DNA of 64,000 bases from Octopus bimaculoides (lineage: Eukaryota). Where the stretch lies: positions 80,717,614 through 80,781,613 of the forward strand of contig NC_068990.1 in the NCBI RefSeq assembly GCF_001194135.2, read 5' to 3'. The position numbers and the translations under genes were made by a program. Shown in pieces: positions 11,818 through 24,170 of the stretch; the first letter of the stretch is position 1, and the number at the start of each line of letters is the position of its first letter. The notes beneath the pieces were generated by a model that worked only from the letters and a program-made list of their open reading frames with translations, ran no database searches and was not told where the DNA came from.

Positions 11818-12159
11818 AAGTATATATATATGTATGTATGCATGTATGTGTGCGCGTAAGTGCGTGTGTGTATATATGTATGTATTTGTGAGATTGTATG
11901 TGTCCATAGAGAGAGGGAGAGAGAAACTAGGGGACAGAGACAGATAGAGAGGCTAACTTTCAGACCCCCTACACACACACAAACGCACATATACATCTAT
12001 AAAAGCAAAAAATGTCCGCGCATACACAAGAATTTACTTATGAGCATATACGACTATCTGAGTATACATAAATCTCCGCGCATGAAAATGCATTTGCACA
12101 GCATAAACATACACATATACACAAATACATGCATATGCATATACTTATATGTGTGCCTT

Positions 12160-12352
12160 CGTATCTGTGTTTGTCCCCGCACCATTGATTGACAATCGAT
12201 GTTGGTGTGGTTACGTCCCCGTAACTTAGCGGCTCGGCAAAAACAACCAATACTTTAAGTCCTAGGGTAGGTTTCTTCGACTAAAACCCCTCAAAGCTGT
12301 GCTGCAGCATGGCCGCACTCAAATGACTGAAACAAGTAAAAGAATAAGAGAA
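12160..12352 (+). mobile_element. 3' half of OK-like SINE (family 'C')
   Basis: GATGTTGGTGTGGTTACGTCCCCGTAACTTAGCGG...CAGCATGGCCGCACTCAAATGACTGAAACAAGTAAAAGAATA. Same sequence as in the full copy at 23742-24170. Confidence 0.8.
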
Positions 12353-13097
12353 TATATATATTAACATCTAATCTAATCATTGGAAACTTCACCTTCCATC
12401 TGGATGCTTAAACATTTCTGTTTCACTTTTTCGTGAGGATTTACACTTTTATTTTTAATATATGTTTTAATATATCTTTTAAATATCTTTTTAACAACGC
12501 TCTCAACCTCTAAGGAGGATGATATCTTCAATATATACCTTTTAAAATGCTAATATATTTTTATACATCAGTATAATTTTTCTAGATATGTCTATGATAT
12601 TTTTCATATATTTATGTATCTGTAAACTTTTAATAATTTTTGATATCGCTAAATGTGACTAGTGTTACAAACACCTACATTGCTTGAAACAAAAGCTAAA
12701 CTGCTCTGCTGCTGTAGTCACATCACAAAATACTATACATATATACTGACAGTGACTGTAATCGTCCGAAAACACGGTTCGAGTATTCCTTATACTAACC
12801 GGTCATTTCCGACAGTTCTCGTTGCCTCATCAGGAAGGTCTGGCTTGACTTCGGCAGATTCCGGATTAAACTCTCTGCAGGGAAGATACTGGAAAGGGAT
12901 TTTTGTTTTAAAATGTGTGCCCTGAACAAGGAAGAGATGATTGTCTTAGAATAAACAGTTTATTGTTATTTTCCGAGGCAAAGCTATGATACTGGTGCAA
13001 CCTGGAGTCACTTCCAACGAATTTTGAGTGATTGAAAAGAGTTACAGTAAAATGTGTGCCTCGTTTGCTCACGGAAGATCAAAAGCAGTCATGACTG

Positions 13098-13358
13098 GAA
13101 GGCAATTGACTTAGTGCTTAGCGCATTCTGCTTACGATCGGGAGTTCGATCCCGGGGACGCTTTGAGTCCTTGATCAAGACCCTTCGTTTCACGTTGTTC
13201 CACTTCAGTCAGCTTGCCTTAATGAGTTCTATTTCAAAGGACCGGCCTTGTCACATTCTGTGTTATGTTGAATCTAGCTGCGAACTCCGTATATTTGTGG
13301 AGTGCTGAGACACTTGCAGCTTAGCTTCACAATCTCGTCGTCGTAATCGCTGGAGTGA
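13098..13358 (+). mobile_element. tRNA-derived SINE family 'B', internally deleted
   Basis: B-box GGAGTTCGATCCC, body GGCCTTGTCACATTCTGTG...GTGGAGTGCTGAG and tail CTCGTCGTCGTAATCGCTGGAGTGAC. Confidence 0.7.
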
Positions 13359-14079
13359 CAATTACATACATAAGATACACATATATTATATAACATTATA
13401 TAATAGTTCAGGAGAGAAACGGAAAAGTCTAGTCAAAAGTGAATCCAACAAAAATTCAATGAATATTTGATGTGAAACGTTATCCATTACATCTGCTTAA
13501 CTCTAGAGTAGTTAATAGGTCCTCGTTACCCCAGATCCTCTTTAGAATTCATTAGAATTCACTTTGTGACAAAGACTTCAGTTCCTTTCGGGAATGACAT
13601 ATTAATATATCTGTACCAAATATTTCTATATCAGGGAACTGTAACAAAATTTAACAAATAGAATCATTCAAACAAGTAATATTTATGGCTTCTGGTGCAA
13701 GTTTTTCATCATACCTTTGTATCGGAAAATAACAATTAAATATTTATTCTGAAACAATTCTTACGGAAGTGCCGATATCTGTTTCATATACAAGTTACCT
13801 TTTCATTTGCTTGCTAATTTATCAAGTGCCAGTATATGTAGCACAGATATTAATACATGTGTACTCATAGAGGCACATAAGACCCAAACAGAGACATACA
13901 AGAAACGCACTTGATGTATTGTGAAAACTTTAATACATGCAAACTCTCACTTTCACTCAGACACACAAACACTGAACATATACGCTAAATCTTCGGCACA
14001 TTCGTATAATAAACACTCGCTTCGATACACAAACATTCATGCATATATATATGCATATATATATATATATATATATATA

Positions 14080-14273
14080 NNNNNNNNNNNNNNNNNNNNN
14101 NNNNNNNNNNNNNNNNNNNNNNNNNNNNNNNNNNNNNNNNNNNNNNNNNNNNNNNNNNNNNNNNNNNNNNNNNNNNNNNNNNNNNNNNNNNNNNNNNNNN
14201 NNNNNNNNNNNNNNNNNNNNNNNNNNNNNNNNNNNNNNNNNNNNNNNNNNNNNNNNNNNNNNNNNNNNNNNNN
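14080..14273. other. Assembly gap (N run), one of about 12
   Basis: Other N runs at about 20085-20467, 22466-22586, 26715-27013, 31802-32208, 35111-35290, 36422-36719, 37634-37642, 44196-44442, 48839-48938, 54813-54874 and 63018-63460. Nearly all are flanked by TA or CA repeats. Confidence 0.95.
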
Positions 14274-14309
<36 letters not shown>

Positions 14310-14868
14310 CAGCTCAGAGCTGCGGCCATGCTGATGCACCACCGTGTATATATATATTTATATTATAAGGTTTTTAACTTTTAAATTTTCATATTCAAAA
14401 GAGACAGAGACTTCTATGGTAACGGTTGCTACATCCTCTGGAAAATTATTATATATATATATACATACATATTCACACGCACACATATATATATATATGA
14501 ATTATTGGGAGTGTTACTCATACAAAATACGCACACACGCACACACGCGCGCTAATACACACACACATACACACACATGTACATATACATACACACACAT
14601 ACGCGCACGCATGCACACGCACACTCACCTCACCCGCATAGAAATACATAGTCCTCTTGATAATTTAATCGTCAGCATTAGAGCTTCGCTTACAGGAGTA
14701 TTGCGCATGGTCGATGACTGGTATATCTTATCTCATTTATGACATGATTTATTGTGTTACGGTCAAGAGGTTTCATGTATCATGTGATACATATACTGGA
14801 CAAATTTCGACAAATTCAGATGTATAGCTACAAAGAACAACAAAAGCAATCACGACGATAATAAATAT

Positions 14869-14870
<2 letters not shown>

Positions 14871-14909
<39 letters not shown>

Positions 14910-14946
14910 TGATGATGATGATGATGATGATAATAATAATAATAAT
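14871..14946. repeat. (AAT)n-(GAT)n-(AAT)n compound trinucleotide repeat
   Basis: Directly visible. Confidence 0.95.
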
Positions 14947-15130
14947 ATTCTACATCATGAGTATTGATAATATATTTATGTTATGGTTTGTTTAATTCAT
15001 TGGTTTCATGGCAGTCTTCCCTATAGAACCAAATGTGTTTCAGGTGTCTTATAGTATTGCTGTCTTTTGTTCCAGGGGGCAGTGTTTATGTTATATATTA
15101 TAATCAATCATCGTTCTGTCCTTTGCTCGA
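14947..15130 (-). mobile_element. Probable 3' end of an R4/Dong-like non-LTR retrotransposon
   Basis: Minus strand encodes QKTAIL*DT (similar to the C-terminal QK.A.LGT..IL motif), followed by a short UTR that runs into (ATT)n. Confidence 0.4.
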
Positions 15131-15659
15131 GTTATAGGATTGTTTACTTATACTGTACATTGTGTATTTATTGAATGAAAAGAGAAACCTTGTTATACAA
15201 AGTATCGCATTTGTTACAATATGAAAAAGGATAATATTGGAAGTTTCCTCTGTATTATTCTACACCAATATTATGATTAATTTTATTATCACTGATCTAG
15301 TACCTATGAAGAAATCTGCTTTTCGCCGTGGAGATCAAATAGAATAAAATAATTTCGCACTTGATTCCCATGCTTGTCCACATTAGATTAAATATATATT
15401 AGTGTTTGAGTTTTCTGTTTTCATTACAAAAGTATTTTTAATTGATTATTGTTTTTCGTCATTACTATTTATTACTTTTCGTATGGATAGCATCCATAGT
15501 TGATTTTTCACAACTATTGTGTAAAACTACTCATTTTTTAAAACTTCCGTTATTTCATCCTACTTTTAATATTGTTTTTCTTGTCTGGATAGTTTCTATC
15601 TTAGTGGAATTGTCAAAGTATCGAACAATGACTCGCTGTATTCGTTCCAGCATTTTACC

Positions 15660-18300
15660 TCCTCAGTGAAAATTCTACCGAAGTCAGCTTACATTTTACC
15701 GTTTTAGAGTTAATAGCGTTTATGCAATAGAATATTTCTGACCCTCGAAAACTGATGCAGCATATGCAAATTTGAAACAACTTTTATAACAGGTTTCTTT
15801 AATCATTGTTAATAGTCATATTAAAGGGTCTTTTGATCCAATATAGAGACGCGTTTTAAGTTCAGCTTGTTGTACCACATTATATTGCTTTCTAATAAGA
15901 GAACTCTGGAATCACGAAAATCAGTGTGACCTCGGTAAAATTTGAAATCAAGAACTAATAAACTGAATCTTTCAACTCTGCAGGCGATTTTCTTCGATAT
16001 TCAGTCAATTAATCAACCGAATTCTTCTGGTCGACCTTAATTGAAATGCCCAACTTGTTTGCACCAACTTTCATTAGTCCATTTATCTTCGAGGAGTTAA
16101 TCAGGGCATCAATTGTATTTAGATCGTGGTGATCGATAAAGGTCTTTACTGGGTAGAAGGTACATGAGTTTCCATAGCAGAATGCATGTTCGTATGTATC
16201 ACTAATGAGTTCTTGCTTAAATCTCGAGCAATGATTTGTAAGATATGTGTGTCTCGTTCAAATAATATCAATGATTGCAAGATGAATTGCGTGAGGTATT
16301 CAGGATGACTTGCAATATCCAAATGAAAATAGTGTCAAGATTTCCCTACAGGTGTTTGTGAATGCTCACTCGGAGGAATTCAATTGTTGCATGGATGAAG
16401 ATTTTTTTTAGATTATCAGCTAGCAATGACTTCAAGCTAACACAAAGAACACCAAAAACAATCCATTCTCTGCTAATTCTTTTATCATTTCTCGCTGGAT
16501 GTGATCCAACTTTCAAAGTACACAAGGATTTCTACAGATTATAGATGATTTTATTGAAATTCGATCAATTAATACTCTTGATTATAACAGGTATTTTCAG
16601 TTTTAGGCAATTACAGATAACGATTCTTCGTGTTTTGAATGTCGTGGGGCATGATAGTAGCTTCTGAGAAAGTGTTTACGAAGGATACACTAATCTCAGT
16701 ATAATCTATGACTATTTTTGTTGTGAATGGTTAGTGTGAAGCGAAATTTCAAGACATTATCAACTAAAGTGTGAAGGACATAGCCCTGGCAGATGATAAA
16801 TAAGAATAGTAAACGTTATTACCTTGCAAGTCGCTGTATTAATATCGAAGTTGTGTTATTGCGTGGCAATATTACTGCTGGGAGCAAGGTGAAGAGTTGG
16901 CTGCATTTAGAGCGTCGGAAAAAATGCCTTCCAGTATTTCTTCTGTCTTCTAATGGTCTGACTTAAATATCAGGAAGGCCTACTTTACTCGTCATTCATT
17001 TGGTGTCCATGAAGTAAAGTACCTGTCAAGTTCTGAGATCGATAGTATTAACTATTAATAATTACCATTCTCTAAAACAGATGGCTTCGTGCCTAAATTA
17101 TTATTACATCCAGAAATCATTATTACTGCTGGGAGTAATTCTTCTGGTACATCTTATTCAAAATTAGCATTCTCCTTTTTCTGCAATGAGGGAAAAGCTC
17201 TTGGAAAGTCGATAAACAGTACAGCTGGTAATAGATGACCGATTTTAGTTAGACTCAATTTAGATCCGTCCTAAGACCTACTACAGCTTTGCCTGCATAT
17301 TTCCAGGAATGATTTCTTGTAGCTTTTTTCTGCAATCCTTGTAACTATGTATTATTTCTATTTTTGAAATCAGTGAATGTGTTTCACTAGAATTATTATG
17401 TTTACGAGAGCTTGACAGGCATCTCCAACTAGCAGGCCATTGCTACTCCAGACTGATGACGAGCAAAGACATGTCTCTGAATGCAGTGGATGTGCTTCTC
17501 TTCTTCTTGTAAACATAAGGACACAGGAAATGTGTCAAGGCCGACAGGAAGCGGTGTTGCTTCCTAGGGTTGAATAGCGGTAGTATTATTCCCTTCATGG
17601 GACTGTCACATTAAGTTGACAGCATACAACTAATGTATGGCATCGCTACTGCATAAATCTCTCTGAAAGATTTAGAAATGTATTATTTCTATTTTAGTAT
17701 TTTAATAATCTTAAAAAAAAAGATCCTGTGTCGTTCGCCTTAACTTTTCCTTCAGTTACGTGAGCCTTGCGTGAGAAATCGCTAAAGACTTTTTAGCTTA
17801 TGCCCATGGTGCTTTTTAGGTCACTTCTGAAACTTGATATATAATGCCTATGGTCAAATGTAATTATTTAGGAGTATATCATACGTTGGAATCCATGATC
17901 ACAGATAAGAGTCCTTTTTTTTTTTTTAAATGGTATGTTAAAATTTCACAGCGATCGCATTCTACATCCAGTACACTGAACGACATGTAGAATTGTCTCC
18001 AATTTCGTTGTAATAATGTTCTTTATGACTTTGGTATGGTGATGCTAAACAACGTATCAATGGTTCCATCATCAACTACATACGTATTGTCCAATATATT
18101 ATACAATGACGCAGCATGGCTGAGGCTTTGTCGGTTTTCATGTCATTTAAATTCTCCTATTCATAGAGTCTCTATCGGGTTTCTTCATCTACTAGATATT
18201 GTAGCCAAATTGTACTCAAATTACACCACACTACACAATTAAAAATAGGCAAAAACACCTTGCATAATTGCACAAATGCTGGTTGGTCATGATGGAAATA
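15660..18300 (-). mobile_element. Highly degenerate APE-type LINE remnant (RT and endonuclease region)
   Basis: Only scattered motif-like traces on the minus strand (e.g. DLSK similar to D..KAFD). GC is higher than the flanks and there are many stops. Clade not assignable. Confidence 0.3.
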
Positions 18301-18849
18301 CCTTTCACCATAAATTTGTTCGGCTTTAATTAATTGGTGCTTCACAACTACATGAACGTTTCTGTTGTATTTTTTTTATAGTATGCAGCTCTGTAACTGC
18401 TTGAACTCAAATGTTCGCTGCAAAACAAATTTACTATGGTTTCTCCGAAGTTTAAAGAATTTTTATTTGAATTATATTCTGTTACAGAAAACTTTCCATT
18501 GATGTGGCTTCTTCAATTTGCCATTTCTCGATTTAATGATTCTAAATACAATTGACTATTTAAATAATAAGTATATCCTGATTATTTTCCTATTCCCGTT
18601 TTTCTTTCTGTACAATTCTCATTCATCTCAAGTACTTATTTATTATTTTTTTATTTACAGTTATTTGCAATTGATTTCTAATTTAATAACTTGAATTTCT
18701 AAATCTTCAATTCCTTTTATGTTGTCGTTTCTTTTATCTACGCTCTGGAATATACTTTAATTGCATGAACTAAGATTGTTGAATAATTATTAAAGATTAG
18801 AAGACGCTATAGATTTCAACAACTTTTTTTAAGGTTGCCCAATTAGGGT

Positions 18850-19560
18850 AACACGTCACTCCTCCAACACACACAAAAAATGGAAATAATATACATCCTT
18901 GTTAAGCAGGTTTCATCGAAGTGTAAGAACACCATGTCATCTTTCCAAATGGATGATATCAAATCCTATTTTGGGGAAGAATTTCCGTTTTTTATCTTCA
19001 TTTCCTTCATGCATTTATAATTATTCTTTGATGTGAAGAAATAATACAAAAAATGCACATGATTGACTCAAATGACTGGCAGGAGATATTAACGAAAAGC
19101 ATAACGGTGGCATATATAATATGCTCTTAATAAAGACAGCTGTCCGTTATCATGAAGAATTTCCATGTATTTCAGCAATATCTTTGATCCACTTTTGCGG
19201 TTGAGTTCTTGGATTTCTTCGGAGTTGATCATGCTACGCTGACTAAGAGAATCATTTTTATACATCTCAATAATCCACGGCAGCGGTATTTCGTATCATT
19301 AAATGGATGAGTGACACATCCTGCAAAGTGGACGCTGGCAATTAATTTCCCCGGAAGAAATTGAATTCCGAGCTCAATGCTAATTAATCTCCTAACAATT
19401 CTACACCACTGTCGTCTTTTATAATCGTTAACTAAATCACTATACACCTTTGCAATAAAACATTCTTTTGGAAACCGATGCCTTGGCTAACATCTCACGC
19501 TACATTAAAGGTAAGCGATAACATTTCGACCTTCAAGTTGATTCTTCCCGTGCCTTGTTG
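18850..19560 (-). mobile_element. Possible Tc1-like transposase remnant
   Basis: Weak minus-strand traces KYMEILHDN (similar to Y..IL..NL) and SSPK*DL (similar to SPDLNPIE). TIRs not found. Confidence 0.25.
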
Positions 19561-20033
19561 TCATCATCATATTTACATTGCCAACAGATTAAGACTTATT
19601 TTTATAGTAATTTTTGCTTATACTCTATCAACGCTACACCATACTTAAATGATTTTCTTCAATGATCTAACTTCTCACTTTTCTTCATGTGCAATCGAAT
19701 TTTTTTCTTGATTCATATACCCCCTTTACGAGTTTTTTTCCCCTCTGGACATGAATTTCTTATAAGCTTATAAGAACTTTCTATGAGCATTTTGACTTTT
19801 TGACTCTTTTACTTTCTCCCTTTCGGTATTTACCCCTTATTTAACGGTCATTGTAATAGCTCTTTTGTCTTAATAACGGTCAATTACATAGTAATTTCCC
19901 TTTGTTTAACGGTCATTTTTTATAGCATTTTTTGATTGCCTTGATAACTGACTAGATACCGGAGCAGATTTCCGCCCCGACATCCGAAACTCGAAGTCTT
20001 ATTATAGCAACCGAATAATTGTCACATATTGTA

Positions 20034-20084
<51 letters not shown>

Positions 20085-20499
20085 NNNNNNNNNNNNNNNN
20101 NNNNNNNNNNNNNNNNNNNNNNNNNNNNNNNNNNNNNNNNNNNNNNNNNNNNNNNNNNNNNNNNNNNNNNNNNNNNNNNNNNNNNNNNNNNNNNNNNNNN
20201 NNNNNNNNNNNNNNNNNNNNNNNNNNNNNNNNNNNNNNNNNNNNNNNNNNNNNNNNNNNNNNNNNNNNNNNNNNNNNNNNNNNNNNNNNNNNNNNNNNNN
20301 NNNNNNNNNNNNNNNNNNNNNNNNNNNNNNNNNNNNNNNNNNNNNNNNNNNNNNNNNNNNNNNNNNNNNNNNNNNNNNNNNNNNNNNNNNNNNNNNNNNN
20401 NNNNNNNNNNNNNNNNNNNNNNNNNNNNNNNNNNNNNNNNNNNNNNNNNNNNNNNNNNNNNNNNNNNGTGTGTGTGTGTGTGTGTGTGCTAGTGTGTTT

Positions 20500-20697
20500 G
20501 CCTTTGTGTCTGTGTTTGTCCTCCAGCGCCCCTGTCAATCGCCCCCGTAAATTAGAGGTTCGGCAAAAGAGACCGATTGAATAAGTAATAGGGTCTATTA
20601 GTTCGACTACAATTCCCAAAGACTAAGCCCCAGCATGGCAGTACCCTAATGACCGAAACAAGTAAAAGACAAAAAAAAAACAAATAAAATAAAAATA
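20500..20697 (+). mobile_element. Degenerate 3' half of OK-like SINE 'C', downstream of a TG repeat and gap
   Basis: GGTTCGGCAAAAGAGACCGATTGAATAAGTA...CCAGCATGGCAG...ATGACCGAAACAAGTAAAAGA. Confidence 0.7.
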
Positions 20698-21257
20698 AAA
20701 GAGATATCTAAGAGTTCGAATATGCTGTCTTGTTTTTTGTTTATTTTATTATAAATTCACATTTGTCACTGCTTATAGTATATGCGAAACGGTCTGGTTC
20801 CCCTTTGAGCTGGAATGTATGTATGAATCAGCTACATATAGTTTTTTAGGAAAGCATTTAACGGTCGCTGGGGGAAAATATTTTAAAGAAATGAGTTAGT
20901 ACTAAAGTTGATATATGTTTCCAATACATTAGAAAGGGTAAAACTTAAAATGATATGGCTGCGGTTAGCCAGATCAAAGCGATGTCTTCGCTATGCTATA
21001 TGTACCGTAACTTTCCCATGATATAGGATAGATTTCCACGATGTACAAAAAGTTGCTGATATTGAGAGAAATAGTTTTATCACATAACACGTAGCTTTCG
21101 CTTGTATACTTTGCAGGACAGAAGAATGAACGGCTTGATTAAAAAAAAAATAACAGGTATAGTCAGCACGAAAGAAAGAAATATAAGAGAAATTACTTAC
21201 CCTATATCTACCTTTAAATTATGGCTGGTGTTCATTATTTACATTATTTACATATGC

Positions 21258-21556
21258 CCACAGGCATATGGCGTAGTGGTTAAGAGCGCAGGCTACTAAC
21301 CCCAAGATTCAGAGTTCGATTCCAAGCAGTGACCTGAACACTAATAATAATAATAATAATAATAATACCATTGAAAAATACCTTAGGAATGAGAACCCAG
21401 GTTCGAAATTTCCCCAAGACACCTGAAGAAGGCTGGAGGGTATATCAGCCGAAATGTTGTGTTAACAACAAACAAGATGAGTACAAATATCCGCCGAATG
21501 TAAATAATGTAAATAATGTAAATAATATACAGAATTCCTCATCTCTTAAATATAGA
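21258..21556 (+). mobile_element. tRNA-headed SINE-like element with internal (TAA)n and a Penelope-like, hammerhead-containing tail
   Basis: A-box TGGCGTAGTGG, B-box GAGTTCGATTCC, then (TAA)n, then the hammerhead motif. The 3' end is shared with 37320-37400. Confidence 0.7.
21418..21463 (+). ncRNA. Minimal type I hammerhead ribozyme fold
   Basis: GACAC-CTGAAGA-A-GGCTG(GAGGGTATAT)CAGCC-GAAA-TG-TT-GTGTT. Stem I is GACAC/GTGTT, stem II has 5 perfect bp, the core is CUGANGA/GAAA, stem III is loop-less (AUGU, probably ACGU in the consensus), and the cleavage triplet is GUU. Confidence 0.7.
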
Positions 21557-22417
21557 ACTGTATGGTTGGTGCTCTTCTGAAGCCACAGTTCATACCTGTA
21601 TGAGAAAAAAAAAGAATTGAACCAATTCATTCTAAGGGTGACCAGCCCATAATTCCGTGTATCTATGACTACAATATGTAATAGGTTTTTCTTTCTTTAA
21701 CCTGTCGCCATCCGATTTCAGAGGAGCTTAGATATTTCTTGCGAGTGAAATGTATAGCTAGCGCTTCCTTAAGAGCTTGTTTGTTGAATAGTTTTATAGG
21801 CATTGGAAGTAACAAATTGATATTGATGATTGTAACATTAGCAGCTCTATCATAGTCGACAAAGTAGTAGAGGTAAAATGAGAACAAAGTTGTGGAAACT
21901 TGCTTGGAAGGGAACTTAGATACGCATGTGATTTGTGGAATAGCGGAAAGATACTGGGGTGCAACTAGTTGAAATGCCTTTATTTTTTTCCGCTTTACTT
22001 CTGATTTGAGATACAAGAAATTATTATCAATTTAGTGAAACTAATAAAAATTTACTCGCATAAATACGACACTTCCAGAATATTTAGTTAGCACGTTTAG
22101 ACTGTGAATTATTGTTGTTGGACTTTAGAATATGTCTATGGACTAAACAAGGGTTACTATTATGTCCGTGATGTTCAGGTTGCTACAATGCAGTTAGACA
22201 CGAAATACATTATTTCCAAGAGCCGTCTGCATTGAGGTGAGTTACGATAAACAATCTACTAAAGTTGATACTTTGAGTGTTAGTAGTGTTGGGGTGAGTG
22301 TTTCTGCTACAAACTGAAAGAATTAGTTCTTCGAACGAAAATATCAGAAAGTTAAATTGAATTTTTTTCTTAAAAATCGAATACATTTTTGTTTATTACA
22401 TGCAAATTCACCCGAAC

Positions 22418-22465
<48 letters not shown>

Positions 22466-23741
22466 NNNNNNNNNNNNNNNNNNNNNNNNNNNNNNNNNNN
22501 NNNNNNNNNNNNNNNNNNNNNNNNNNNNNNNNNNNNNNNNNNNNNNNNNNNNNNNNNNNNNNNNNNNNNNNNNNNNNNNNNNNNNNTATATATATATATA
22601 TATATATATATATGCATGCATGTATGTACAACAAACATGACATATAACGTGACATATAGATGAAATATACAATCAGTTAATAGCTAAATGTATGCAGAGG
22701 AAAAAGTCATTCTATTCAATTACAGCATAATTGAAAATTTCCGTGAGATATCTTTAGGCTTAACACGAGCAATGATATTGAATGAAATTCTTCGTCTTAT
22801 ATCGTCATTTCCAACTAGGAAAATTTTATTTTTCAGTTCGTTTTCTTTATTTTATCCTTATCTTTTTTTTTTTTTTGCTTCCTTTCTTATAAACAGAAAG
22901 TGGAGTCAAAAACTAGCAAAAATTACACATCCAAACACGAATTTTCGGTAATAAAATCACTTGCGGTCAGAGAAAAGTTCATGGGCAGGATGATATGAAG
23001 AAAAGAATAAAAGAAATAAAAAAATCAAGTTTAAATAAAACCAAGCTAAATGTTTATAAAGCAAATAGCTTGTTTATGATGAGTTTGACACGATAGTTCC
23101 AGGTGTATAGGGTTATGTCAATGTTGTTTTTCGATTTTCCTTCCTATCACCATGTCGCCATCTTTGCAGACACAAAAAAATATATGATAAATAAAATACA
23201 AAACGCGACGATGGCTACATACCAGTGACGTGTGATACGTCGTACTGAGTGGAAGGTTTTAGCTGGAAATCGACTTGAATAACAATGGCTTCACTTATCA
23301 TTTTTTTTATCACTCGGCTAGTTGTTGTTTATGTTGTTATTGTTCATATCATTGATAAGCTTATCATTCTTATCACTGATGTTATGAGTCATGATAATCT
23401 ATGCCCTTATCAGTATGTAGGAATATTGTCATATTGTATCAGATGGCGACGTTAAACGCAACTGAATAGACAATAGCCGAAGAATCAAATGGAATGAATA
23501 AATGAATATTTCAATTATCACACACGTTAACAGTCGTTGAATCGTAACATGAAGTGTATGGCTTTCATCTAATAGAAACTACTTTAAAGTTGCTATGCCT
23601 ACCCAAAAGAAAGTTTACAGTTGTCACTCGACACATACAAGAAGCGTGTAGACCTCAGGAACAGTTTTGCGAACACCACTGACGGTTGCTGTTGTTTTAT
23701 CTGACCTATCAGCACGACAACCAGATATTTCATTACTCTTT

Positions 23742-23943
23742 GCTCTTTTACTCTTTTACTTGTTTCAGTCATTTGACTGCGGCCATGCTGGAGCACCGCC
23801 TTTTTAGTCGAGCAAATCGACCCCAGGACTTATTCTTTGTAAGCCTAGTACTTATTCAATCAGCCTGTTCGCCGAACCGCTAAGTTACGGGGACGTAAAC
23901 ACACCAGCATCGGTTGTGAAGCGATGTCGGGGGGACAAACACA

Positions 23944-23989
<46 letters not shown>

Positions 23990-24170
23990 ATATATATATA
24001 TAAATACATATATACGGCGTGTTTCTTTCAGTTTCCGTCTACCAAATCCACTCAGAAGCTTTGGTCGGCCCGAGGCTATAATAGAAGACACTTGCCCAAG
24101 GTGCCACGCAGTGAAACTGAACCCGGAACCATGTGGTTGGTAAGCAAGTTACTTAACACACAGCAACTCC
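23742..24170 (-). mobile_element. Full-length OK-like SINE 'C' with internal (TA)n/(TG)n microsatellite
   Basis: Minus strand: tRNA-like head GGAGTTGCTGTGTGTTAAG...GGTTCCGGGTTCAG, body GGCACCTTGGGCAAGTGTCTTC...GGAAACTGAAAGAAAC, microsatellite, then a 3' half ending ATGACTGAAACAAGTAAAAGA. Confidence 0.85.
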
